From Lama guanicoe (Eukaryota), in NCBI GenBank assembly GCA_013239625.1, contig MU054220.1, positions 485,269 to 548,858 on the forward strand: a stretch of DNA of 63,590 nt, given 5' to 3'. The position numbers and the translations under genes were made by a program. This document shows, piece by piece, positions 52,877 through 63,590 of the stretch. Numbering within the stretch: position 1 is the first letter of the stretch; the number at the start of each line of letters is the position of its first letter. The notes beneath the pieces are model-generated. The model ran no database searches. It had not been told where the DNA came from and was given only the letters and a program-made list of their open reading frames with translations.

Positions 52877-55224
52877 TACGCTTCAGTTAAGATTTTGCAT
52901 AAACCTTGGGCTCTACACTGTGGTTAAAGGTAAAGTTTGGGAAAACATTAAACCTAATGAAGTGGACTTGCCTGGGTTTATATTCTGGTTTTGCTAAGAA
53001 TGAGCATGTGGCCTCAATGTGTTATTTAACTCCTCTCACAATGGGTCTGACAGTTCTCACGTTAGCTTACAATGGGGGCATTCTCATGTGCCTGACGTTC
53101 TTCTAAACATCACGTAAACATAAACTTTTTAATCTTCTCAGTAACTCTAATAAATAAAAATTAGTAGTAAACCTATTTTACACAAGGGGAAATTCAGTTT
53201 TAGAGGAATTAAGCAATTAGCCCAAGACCATAGACTCAATAACGGGCAGAGTCAAGATCTAAAACGTGCATCTCAGTTAGCAGTACACTTAGCAAAACGT
53301 TACACGCTGTCACAGTTCTTGATACATACTGCAGACTCAATAAATATGATACTATTATTACCTGAAACAGAGGGTTTTGCTGACCCCAATATTTAAATTT
53401 TTATTCTATGCCAAAGTGCACTCTGTACATCCTTAATCTGCATAACCCTAAATTTCTCAAGGACAGAAAGGCCATCTTGCATTCTGCTTTGAATTATTAA
53501 GAAGCGTCCGTTACACATTTAGTTTTGAATCCCAGTCACTCCTCCATGATCTGTGTGATTTCTGGCATGTGCTGGGTTTTTTTTTGGATTATCACACTGC
53601 CAATGAAATGGGTGACTTCATTTAATTAGATAAAATATACGAGTCATTCAATGCAATAAATATTTCCAATTATTTTATCTTTGTTCTGTCCCTGGTCAAA
53701 TATGAGACACCATTTATTTTACCAATCATCAGTAGATGTTTATTGAATGATTAAAATAAATAGCCTCAATGTTTTAGATGGTAAACAAATAAAGTATTCA
53801 ATCATTGAAATCTTCACCATCACAATTATTACAGGCAACAAGTCCAAGCAACAAACTAAATTGAGATAAAGCAAACAGAGACTCAAATTTTAAGGTATCT
53901 CCATTTGGTTTTTAGTGACTGCCGAGGGTCTTTGGTTAACTTAATTCTTGTGACAGTGGTTACTGCAGGGATTTTTTTTGGGGGGGGAGGATTTGTTTTG
54001 TCTCACTTTCTTGGTAGACTCTAAATTACTTATTTTCTTAATCAATCCTTTGCCAACTTTCTACCAAATTTCCGATAATATTTTTTCTCATTTGAAACTT
54101 GCTATTCAGCCAAGCATCAATTCCCTGTCACTGCCTGACCATTCCTTTAGAACGTCATGTCACTCTCAACAGGCAACTCTTTGAATTTATTACTGCCTTA
54201 ACCTCAAAACAAATTAGTCTGTACATTTCAGAGAAAATGCCTGTATTTAACTTCAGCAGGCAGTCAATCTGTTGTCCACACAGTAAAGGGAAGAATACAT
54301 TCAGCTCTCACCCAGGCAGGCAGGATAATGGGAAGGAGGTGAAATAATTCACCACACGTGTTCCTCCACTTTAATTGTCAATCCGTTCACATCCCTTCCT
54401 GTCGGAGTTGTCATTCTTTTCTCATTGAGATTCTGGTCATTCACCTCCTGTTCAGAGTATTTCATTTCACTCAGCACTGTTCATTAGACATTCATAGAAA
54501 AAAAAAGTGTCTCATTTTAGAGAAACTGACACCTGTCACTCAAGCAAAGAATAAGAGTTCACGGATTCAGAAAAACTTAGGCAAGTGGAACACCATGAAT
54601 ATCCAAATGAGTCAAATCACAGACTATATTTTCAATCCTAAAATTACTCCTAGAGATTTTCTGGCTTACATAATTAAATATTTAATAACTCTATGTTCTA
54701 AAACTGCATCTGTTTCATTCCAGAACCTTGACTATTCCTTACAAGTTGTTTGGATTTACATTCCCAGGTCATAAGCTCACCAGGTGGATTTCCTTTAGAT
54801 CCAAGTCAACAGATCCATGGAAGTTAGGATTGAATCTGGATTATAAATACTATGCGAGCTACAATTAACAACTGTGTGTGATTTACAAATCTCAGTCATT
54901 AGACGCTCCTCCTGGGCCCCAGTGACTGAATTCCCCTGCACTTTACTCAAAGAGTTTCGCGATTAAAAAACAGTATGTGGGGCTTTTGCCTTGAGGGACT
55001 TACCCTTTCCATAATTCTAACCTGATTGAGAAATAAAGGACAGCTCTGGACCTTAGGATCACTAATGGTCTTCACCTCTCCTCAAAAAGTCTTTATTGTA
55101 TTCTCTGAGAGCTTTATTATAATGAGTTTTAGTTTATTTCCAAGTATTAGTTTCCTGGAAGATTATAAACTAATCTATTAAGGAACTATTAATCCTAAGG
55201 AAACATATTTTTTAACCTTTATTA

Positions 55225-55500
55225 ATGAATAATTGATGAATATCATTGTATATATTTAAAGTTACAACGTGATGACTTTATGTACATATACATTGTGGAT
55301 TTATTACCAAGATTAAGGGAATTAACACATTCATCACCTCACACAGTTAACTACTTCTTTTGTATGTGGTGAGTCTGTGTAAGATCTACTATCAGCAACT
55401 TTTAGGTATACAAAACCATCGATTAATGATAGGCACCATGCTGTGCATTAGATCCTCAGAACTTACTCTTCTTATAACTGAAAACACATATCCTTTGACC
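55225..55500 (-). mobile_element. L1MA-like 3' end
   Basis: attgtatatatttaaagttacaacgtgatg...attaacacattcatcacctcacacagtt...caccatgctgtgcattagatcctcagaactta. Confidence 0.78.
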
Positions 55501-56841
55501 TAGATTACCCCATGGAAAGCTGTTTGAAGACACATTCTTTGAGATGCCTCCTACGGTCAAGGTCATGTTTTCACAATTATTCCTGTTACTAATTTGGAAG
55601 AACTTCCATGAGATCCCCTCTGGCTTCCCCTTTTCTGTTCTTGCAGACATCCTCAGGGCTCTGCTTTGCATCCCCTGCTCCTGGATCTTTCTAGCCTTAC
55701 TTCCTCCCCAGAAAGAACAGTCAATCCTATGGCTCCGCTATGCTCCAAAGTGAAAATACCCAAATATGTCTTGCTATATGGGCTTTTAAACTATGAATTT
55801 TGAAAAGGTATATAAAGGATATTATCTCCATAGCTACATATAAACACTGTTAATATACATATTATGTATATGCATGGATAAAACACATTTGACGCTCACT
55901 GTAGATACATTTTTTCCAAACTACTTTTCAGCCATCATAGTGTCACTAACTCTTGAAAAAGACATAAAAACAAACAAAACAATACAATTGCTCTCCTTCT
56001 GTTTCCAGAGATACTTACATTCAACACCTTAGAATATTTTACATTGATCGTCAATCTTTCTTTTTTTGCATATGTAAACCTCATACGTGTTTTATAACTT
56101 CTTATCATGGATCATTTTTCCTCAGTTTTATTAATTGATGTCATAATATTATTCCTTGTGCATTAAATTATTTATGGAAAATATCTTGCCCAAGAAAATT
56201 TCAGTTACTTTGGTAACACAATACACAAATTTAATAAAAATGAGTTCTGAATAGTGTACTTACTTTGATGGTACATTGATAGTTAAAAAGGGCACTGCAT
56301 TGAAAAAGAGAAGAATCAGAAGGTTTCCTGACCAGTGACTCAAACAAAACTAGATTAATTCTCTGCAGATATCATCAGAATTGCTTTTCTGGAAGAAATC
56401 CTATTGTTTTGCAAGGGAGATCAAGAGCAAGATACCCCTGCATCCATCTTGAATTTACAGAAAAATATAGATCCATTCCACAGGGATATGTCTGGTCTTT
56501 CAGCTGTGGATATAATTTAGTTTCACCTGATCTGAGTGTCAAAAGCAAACATATTTATATACCTGCTAAAGGAATGTGCACACAGACTCCCTAGGAGTCA
56601 TCAGTTTTATACCTATGCCTGGAGGAAATTTTCTCTGAAAGAGCTAAATATAAACTGAAGGAGATCATAAGAATTTATGCTTTAAAGCTAGAAGACATTG
56701 TTTGTCCAAAAGCATTTATAATAAAGAACTTTGCCATAATCACCAGCCAGTCATCCATGGTTATATTCCTCAGTCCTCCTGAGAATTTCCAGGCTGTAAA
56801 TGCGCTTTTCACTTGTGCATTCGCTGGCTCTGGCCACTGCG

Positions 56842-56857
56842 TCGCTAGAGGGCAGTA
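56842..56857 (+). promoter_or_regulatory. CTCF-like motif
   Basis: TCGCTAGAGGGCAGTA in a CpG-retaining patch. Confidence 0.45.
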
Positions 56858-57329
56858 TTCTTATTCAGACCCAAGACAGCTCAGAAAATTCTGCTGGCTC
56901 TAGCTCATTTTCCTTTTTTGAAAAGCAGGGGGGAAACATGCAGCCCTACAGAAGGACAGGGTTTCCTTTGGAGGAAGTCTCTATTTCTCAGGAGGGGAAA
57001 AACAAGAGAATCACGATGAAAGATGCAGAGTGCCAGGAATATTGTGAACAAAGCAATACAGTTCTAGATGTATGAGTCACTTAACAATAAAGTTACTAAT
57101 CAGCTGGTGCCATGCTCCCCGAGGTTCCAGGGTGTTTACCCCCACATTTGTTTCCATTTCTCAAATGGAAGCTGGGGTTTTGCAAGGAAAAGGAAAAAAA
57201 GAGAATAATCAAACCAATTCAGCTTTTCTTTTCTTCTCCTTTTGGCAAAATGGAAAAATCCACACAACTGTGAAACATCTATTAGGACTCAATATTATAG
57301 ATAATTACAAGATACTAGGTACAATTAAT

Positions 57330-57630
57330 TGCCTTTGGTATACAGCAAATTCTTGTTGCTTATCTATTTACATACAATAGTTTGTGTATGATAACCCCAT
57401 ACCCCTAATGTGTCCCACCCTTCTCCCTCTCTCCTTTGGGAATGTAAGTTTGTTTTCTATGTCTGTGAGTCTATTTCTGGTTTGTAGATAAGTTCATTTG
57501 TATCATTCTTTTAGATTCCACAAATGTGATGCCATATCATATTTGTCATTCTCTGGCTTATTTCACTAAGCATAATATTCTGTAGGACCATCTATGTTGC
57601 TGCAAATGGCAATATTTTATTCTTTTTTCA
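57330..57630 (-). mobile_element. L1 3'UTR fragment
   Basis: aagtttgttttctatgtctgtgagtctatttc...ttttagattccaca...tttcactaagcataat...tgttgctgcaaatggc. Confidence 0.8.
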
Positions 57631-57991
57631 TTTGTTCAGTAATTATCTCTTTAAATATTTTTCTTATTGTTACCCAAACCCTGGAGTCTGATAGATGATG
57701 CCAAATAGGTACTATATATATATATATATATTTTTTTAGAATATCATTGGTTATTTTGTGTCATAGGAACAGGTTCTTAATGACTGTCAGATGGACAAGA
57801 ATAGGAATAAGAACAGTGCTCAATTTGTTGATGAAGCACTAGCGTAGAAACACAAAAACACAGAGAGAATATGCGTCCTGTTTGCCCACTTTTCTCTCTC
57901 AGCAGTGAGTACAGCAGGTGATGCGAAGGGGTCTCTTTCACAGTCATGGTCTCACGGAACCATGGAATGAAAAGCAGAAAAGCTTGAGAAG

Positions 57992-58921
57992 CTACTTTCC
58001 TTCTGGGAGCATATGACGACACCATATTTTCCTCAAGGCGTTCTTCATCTCCACTATTCTCAGCGTGTAGATCAGAGGGTTGAACATGGGGGCAATGATG
58101 GTGTAGAAAAGAGCAAACACTTTATCTTCTGGGAAAGTTGTGGCTGGTCTAATGTAAATGAATAATGCAGGTGCAAAAAACAGGACTACAACTGTGATAT
58201 GAGAACTGCAAGTGGAAAGAGCTTTGCTGCGGCTCTCCATGGAATATGCCCTGATGCTGTGCAGTATAAAAAAGTAAGACACCAACAAGACAACAAAGGT
58301 CACCAAAGCAATTAGGCCTGAATTAGCAACGGCTAAGGGACCTACGATATGTGTATTAGAACAGGCCAATTTCAGCAAAGGATACACGTCGCAGAAGTAG
58401 TGATCAACCTCACTGGGGCCACAGACCAGTATAAAGATGGTGAGAAGAAACTGACTGGCGGAGTGCATAAACCCCCCAGTACAACAAGCTAGGATGATTG
58501 CATTACACCTTTGTCTGCTCATGATGACAGTGTAGTGCAGGGGTTTGCAGATGGCCACGTAGCAGTCATAGGCCATCCCGGTGAGGACAAAGATCTCAAT
58601 GCCTCCAAGGAAGTGAAGGATAAAAAGCTGTGTCATGCAGCTACTGTAGGAAATGGTCTTCCTTTCTGCCAATAAATCAGTCATTAGTTTGGGCACCACT
58701 GTTGATGTGTAGCTAAGGTCTGAGAGTGAGAGGTAATTAAGGAAGAAATACATGGGTTGGTTAATGAGTGGACTGCATGTGATAGAAATCATTATGAGCA
58801 AATTTCCCATCCAAATAGCAAGGTAGCAAAATAAAAATAAGATAAAGCAAAGGATTTCGATGTTCTTGTTTTGCGATAAACCCAAGAGAATAAACACAGT
58901 GACATTATTGCTTTTTTCCAT
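57992..58921 (-). CDS. OR4P4: Olfactory receptor, closest to OR4P4 as I recall it, 309 aa, open frame with DRY->DCY
   Basis: [39 protein letters not shown] resemble human OR4P4. MAYDCY and LRIVEMK deviate from consensus. Orthology not tested. Confidence 0.85.
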   Translation of the reverse strand: MEKSNNVTVFILLGLSQNKNIEILCFILFLFCYLAIWMGNLLIMISITCSPLINQPMYFFLNYLSLSDLSYTSTVVPKLMTDLLAERKTISYSSCMTQLFILHFLGGIEIFVLTGMAYDCYVAICKPLHYTVIMSRQRCNAIILACCTGGFMHSASQFLLTIFILVCGPSEVDHYFCDVYPLLKLACSNTHIVGPLAVANSGLIALVTFVVLLVSYFFILHSIRAYSMESRSKALSTCSSHITVVVLFFAPALFIYIRPATTFPEDKVFALFYTIIAPMFNPLIYTLRIVEMKNALRKIWCRHMLPEGK

Positions 58922-60524
58922 GGTCCAGCGTAAACAGAACACGTAAATCGCCTGAAATGACATAATTCATGAACCTATATTTGGAAATGTTTATTGAGAC
59001 GAGGAATGATCATATTCTTCTCAAGGCACGAACTGGGTTTAATATGCCTCATTCAAGTGTCTCAGAGAATAGAAACCAGGTATTCAATTAAGTGTTCTCT
59101 ACTAAGTCTCTGTGTGAGCATATACTAGCTGATTCATTAAATCTCCCAGCAAATTGTGATCAGTGTCTGCCTTAGTCAATATGAATTCCCTTAATCAATC
59201 CATAAGAGTCCTGAATGGTGCTGGGAAGATGTCAGTGATTGACTAACAATGTGTTCCAACAAATGCTTTTATAAGTTTAAATAAAAAAATTTAAGATCAA
59301 TTCTTACCAAATGTCTTCATGATGTCTGCACTTTGGTAGTGTATATTTTTCAGCCTCAACTTCATACCTACCAGGCTTCTCAATAAATTCTTACATAAAT
59401 GTCCTCTTCAACTCTTCCTATTACTAAGTTACAATTGTTATCCATACGATGAATAATCACATGTAACAGAGAGAGAATTTTAAAAGAAAGATACTTGGTT
59501 CCAAAGAAGAATTTTAAGTACTTCTATTAATTTAGAATTAAAGTAATTTTAAGAATTTGCTTAAAGACAAAATTATTGAGAAATTGCTTCTGCTGAGTCT
59601 CAAAGTCAGCTATAGTAATATTAGCCAATACAAGAGAAATATTGTTTAATTTAAATAAAATAACAATGTTGAATATATGACTAGCTTGGATTATTCACTA
59701 CATATATCTGAAATATGCTCTTTATCCTCCCCTAAAACATATTAAGGTTTTTACATAATTTAAGTCTCTAAATCAATAAGTCTGGGGATGTCCTCAAGCA
59801 AAGTCAGTTCATCAGTCTGTATTTATTAGGAATTTACTAAAATATTACTTGAGTCTTAGTTGTCTGGGTTCAGAAGGCTACAGCTATGCTTAATTCCCTA
59901 CCTGTCAGTCCCCCTTAATTCAACTTCCTCACAGATGTAGGACTACTATGATTAACTAGCGCATATTGCAATGTCTTTAAAAATTATGAGTACAATTTAA
60001 TCATCCATCATAGTTTTGGGGCAATTCCTGGTTACATGTCTTAACTCAGCCACCAACTTCAGAAAGAACTTTGAAATCAGTTAATTTCTTGTAAAATTCT
60101 TTTTTTCTTCATTTTAAACCTATGAAACATACCCTGCTCTATGAAATTCAGAATGCTCCTGGGACAACTTTGATCACATATGAGAAAGTGTTTTTTAAGG
60201 AATAAATTAGTGCACACATGACAGTATTATTGCATACAAAGAGAAATAAATTATGTTTAGAGGTTAAGAAATTTGTATATGATAACACAATTAGTATATA
60301 GCAAACTAGGGTTTATAACTTGAGTTTCCTGACTCCACTGTTTGTGTTTATAATCTTTCAAAAAGGGACACATCAGAGCAGCAGGATAGATTTAACATTA
60401 ACCCTGCCTCACCAAACTCTGAAGTTAGAATACAGTTCTTAATCTTACAGATAAAACCAAGAAACCTCCTGAATAAATCATTGTTCCATTTTAGTCACAC
60501 ACACTTAAATAAAAAATATATAAA

Positions 60525-60957
60525 TTGGGAGTTGGAGATTTGCAGATACTAACTACTATATACAAAATAGATAACAAGTTTATACTGTATAGCACAGGGA
60601 ACTATATTCAATATCTTGTAGTAACTTATGGTTAAAAAGAATATGAAAATGAATATATGTATTTTCCTATATGAATGAAGTATTGTGCTCTACACCAGAA
60701 ATTGACAACAACATTGTAAACTGACATTGTATACATTGACATTGTAAACATTGTATACTTCAATAAAAATATATTTAAAAAAAGAAAAAAAACTGTGTAG
60801 CACAGGGAAATATATTTAATATCTTATAATAACCTTTAATGAAAGAAAATATGAAAACGAACATATGTATGTACATGCATGACTGGGACATTGTGCTGTA
60901 CACCAGAAGCTGACACATTGTAACTGACTGCACTTCAATTTAAAAAAAGAAAAAAAA
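60525..60957 (+). mobile_element. Two tandem L1 3' ends, the second inserted in the A-tail of the first
   Basis: ctgt(a/g)tagcacaggga occurs twice (about 60586 and 60793). TTAAAAAAAGAAAAAAAA flanks the second copy on both sides. Confidence 0.82.
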
Positions 60958-62639
60958 TAGAAACATAGAACATAGATAAGCTAAAGTCTCTGAAAAACCA
61001 TAAACCAAGTCAGTTCAGTATTCTGTCATAAATCAGCTCTAAAATCTAACAAATGTTCAGCTCGCTTACTTCTGCAAGAAGCAACTTCTTCCTCTCTCAA
61101 GCGTGAGTACTAACACTGCATCCTCAGCTCCCTGGCCGTGTGAAAAACAGGCATGAGAAAAACATTCAGGTGCACACCCTGACACTGCCACTCCTTACAT
61201 CCATGCCCTTGTGTGCTCTTGGCTCATAAGTTCTTTACCTGTGAAATGAGGGAACAAATTTCATTCTTCTAAGAACCTTTTCCACCATCATGTCCTTTTC
61301 AGAATTAAAATTATTATATTCTTGGCCAATGTTTTACTGACCATCTCCTTAGAGTTGTAACAGTGTCCCCTTTTTTATGTGTAGTCACCTAATAAAATAG
61401 TCAGTGTTATTCTATGATTTTGATCTGATTTTTCTAGAAAATGTCACCCCACCTTCAGTAGACAACCAGATCCTCCTTGAATTTACTGCTCCCTGAATCC
61501 AAAAATTTCTTAGACTATAGAAATCATAATAAAGTCTATTTTAAAAATCAGTTGTTAATTAGTATCTTCTTAACCCAGTAGTTAAAAATGTATTTTCAAC
61601 AAATATGACATATTTACGGAGGATGATGGCAAGGGAGAAAGGAATAAAGTATTCACATATTTTCCTCTGCACTTATTTTGAAACGTTTCTTCTTTTATAG
61701 CTTTTTCTGTCCTCTTTTCATTGAAATTGCAGACATTCCTTAACTACTTAAATAATTTCCTTTCCTTTCTGACGTGAGTCCTACTGAGGAGCTTCACTTT
61801 CTAATTTTCCCCAGTCTATACCTGAAAACTACAAAATTCACATAATCTTAGTAACTACTGTGACCTATCACACGACCAAATCAAATAAATGATGGGAGGT
61901 GACCGCACAGAAAAAAAGCCTGAAGGCAGGGAGTCCTTTGTTTCCCAAAGTAGTCAAATCCACTTCTTACGGACTCTGTACATCACCACGTCATTCCTGA
62001 GTGTTTTAGGTGCAAAGCTAAGTAAAATTTTAGGGAAGGTTTCTATCCTAAAGATGCATTTGTTTCCTCCTAAGACATTGCTTATTTAGTTCAAGTTAAT
62101 TTTTATATGCTCCCAAGTCATCAACCCACCAGTTAGTGTCCTTTAAACCCGAATTACCAGAGCACCTCTACAACTGGACAATGAATGCCCTGCAAGATGA
62201 GGGAACTGTGGCATGTGGTTAGAATCTCATCCATCCAAGAGCCCTTGAAGACAGAGAGCTACTGTTTATACCCTTGGAGTTTCTTTTCTCTGCTGTGATT
62301 CAAGGAAGGCTATCGCTCTGGACCTTAGGTGAAGAAAGGATCTCCATCCATCCCCATGCGGTATTTATCACGGGGTCTAAGGTCAAAGAACATGTGTGTT
62401 CGTTCCTTAATGTCTTTCCAGTTAAGGAGAATTTTACTGGAAAGTTACAGATACATAGAACATTCTTTCATGTATTTTTTAGGTTTACAAAGGGCTTACT
62501 AAAATAATTTGTTGACAATGGAGTTGAACATTCTGTGATTTTGCTCTAGTCTTGTATCATTTTCAGTAGCCTTTCCTCTTTATCCATCTACATTCAAAAC
62601 GAACGCTTGCTTCTGCTCTGCTCTGTGAAGTCCACTAAC

Positions 62640-62790
62640 AATAGCAAACATCTAGTAAACACGCGCTGCCCATTAGGTATGAGCCAATTGTCGGGGTTTA
62701 GCTTATTTATCTTCACAACAACCCTATGGGAGAGATACTATTATCAGTCCCACTGCACCGATGTAGAAACTGGGGCACAGCGCAGATTCT
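62640..62790 (-). mobile_element. MIR relic
   Basis: atcttcacaacaaccctatg...attatcagtcccac...gatgtagaaactggggcacag. Confidence 0.65.
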
Positions 62791-63113
62791 CAAGAGACAG
62801 AGGTTACATTAACGGGGAGAAGGAATGACTGCCTGTAAAAGGATGGAGATTTTTACTTATTTATTTTTTGTCCTGAATAAGCTATATAGGAAATTACTTA
62901 ATAATGATTCTTTATTCTGTAAATTATTGCATCTTTGGCCATCTTATCTTATTTAGTGACTAAAGGTTAAAATGATAAAAGTATAAATACAACCTAAGGG
63001 CATAGCCCAAGGTACTGAAAGTTAATACAAGCTGTAAGTCTGTTTTACTTCTAAAGCACAAATTACCAAAGGACTCTGGGAGAACTCCTTATCATCTGTC
63101 TATTTCACATAAT

Positions 63114-63464
63114 NNNNNNNNNNNNNNNNNNNNNNNNNNNNNNNNNNNNNNNNNNNNNNNNNNNNNNNNNNNNNNNNNNNNNNNNNNNNNNNNNNNNNNN
63201 NNNNNNNNNNNNNNNNNNNNNNNNNNNNNNNNNNNNNNNNNNNNNNNNNNNNNNNNNNNNNNNNNNNNNNNNNNNNNNNNNNNNNNNNNNNNNNNNNNNN
63301 NNNNNNNNNNNNNNNNNNNNNNNNNNNNNNNNNNNNNNNNNNNNNNNNNNNNNNNNNNNNNNNNNNNNNNNNNNNNNNNNNNNNNNNNNNNNNNNNNNNN
63401 NNNNNNNNNNNNNNNNNNNNNNNNNNNNNNNNNNNNNNNNNNNNNNNNNNNNNNNNNNNNNNNN
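63114..63464. other. Assembly gap (351 N)
   Basis: Run of N. Confidence 1.
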
Positions 63465-63590
63465 GTGTCAAAAAGGACATCTGAATGACTCTATTTATGG
63501 GCTCTATTCTATTCCATGGATATTTGTACATAGATTTTCACAAATACCATGCTGCCTTCATTACTGAAACTTTATAGTAAATCTAATCTT

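Noticed and set aside
53123..53135. Near match to the H/P-element 13-mer AACTTTTTAATGA
   Set aside because: Reads AACTTTTTAATCT, missing the TAATGA core, and sits in MIR-like sequence
63100..63531. 143-aa ORF
   Set aside because: Artefact of translating through the N gap

Overview
AT-rich mammalian genomic DNA, most likely camelid given three Vic-1-type tRNA-derived SINEs. It covers part of a class II olfactory receptor (OR) cluster at a junction between the OR5D and OR4P subfamilies. Seven OR loci are present: two OR5D-like genes on the minus strand, then five OR4P-like loci (one intact on +, one frameshifted pseudogene on +, three open frames on -). The intergenic DNA holds L1 fragments, MIRs, DNA transposon relics, a decayed ERVL provirus with nested insertions, local tandem duplications and a 351-N gap. 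No prokaryotic-type system is present and I cannot support a wholly new biological system. The best lead is the OR5D-like gene at 7491-8433: its main exon has no start codon, but a 109-nt exon 2.6 kb upstream, bounded by strong splice sites, supplies a single in-frame ATG and gives a predicted 322-aa split-coding receptor. Other leads are a gene-conversion tract between two OR4P paralogs (one has DRY->DCY), nested duplications upstream of one OR4P gene, and CTCF-like motifs. Repeat family names come from recalled consensus sequences, and boundaries and identities are estimated by eye.
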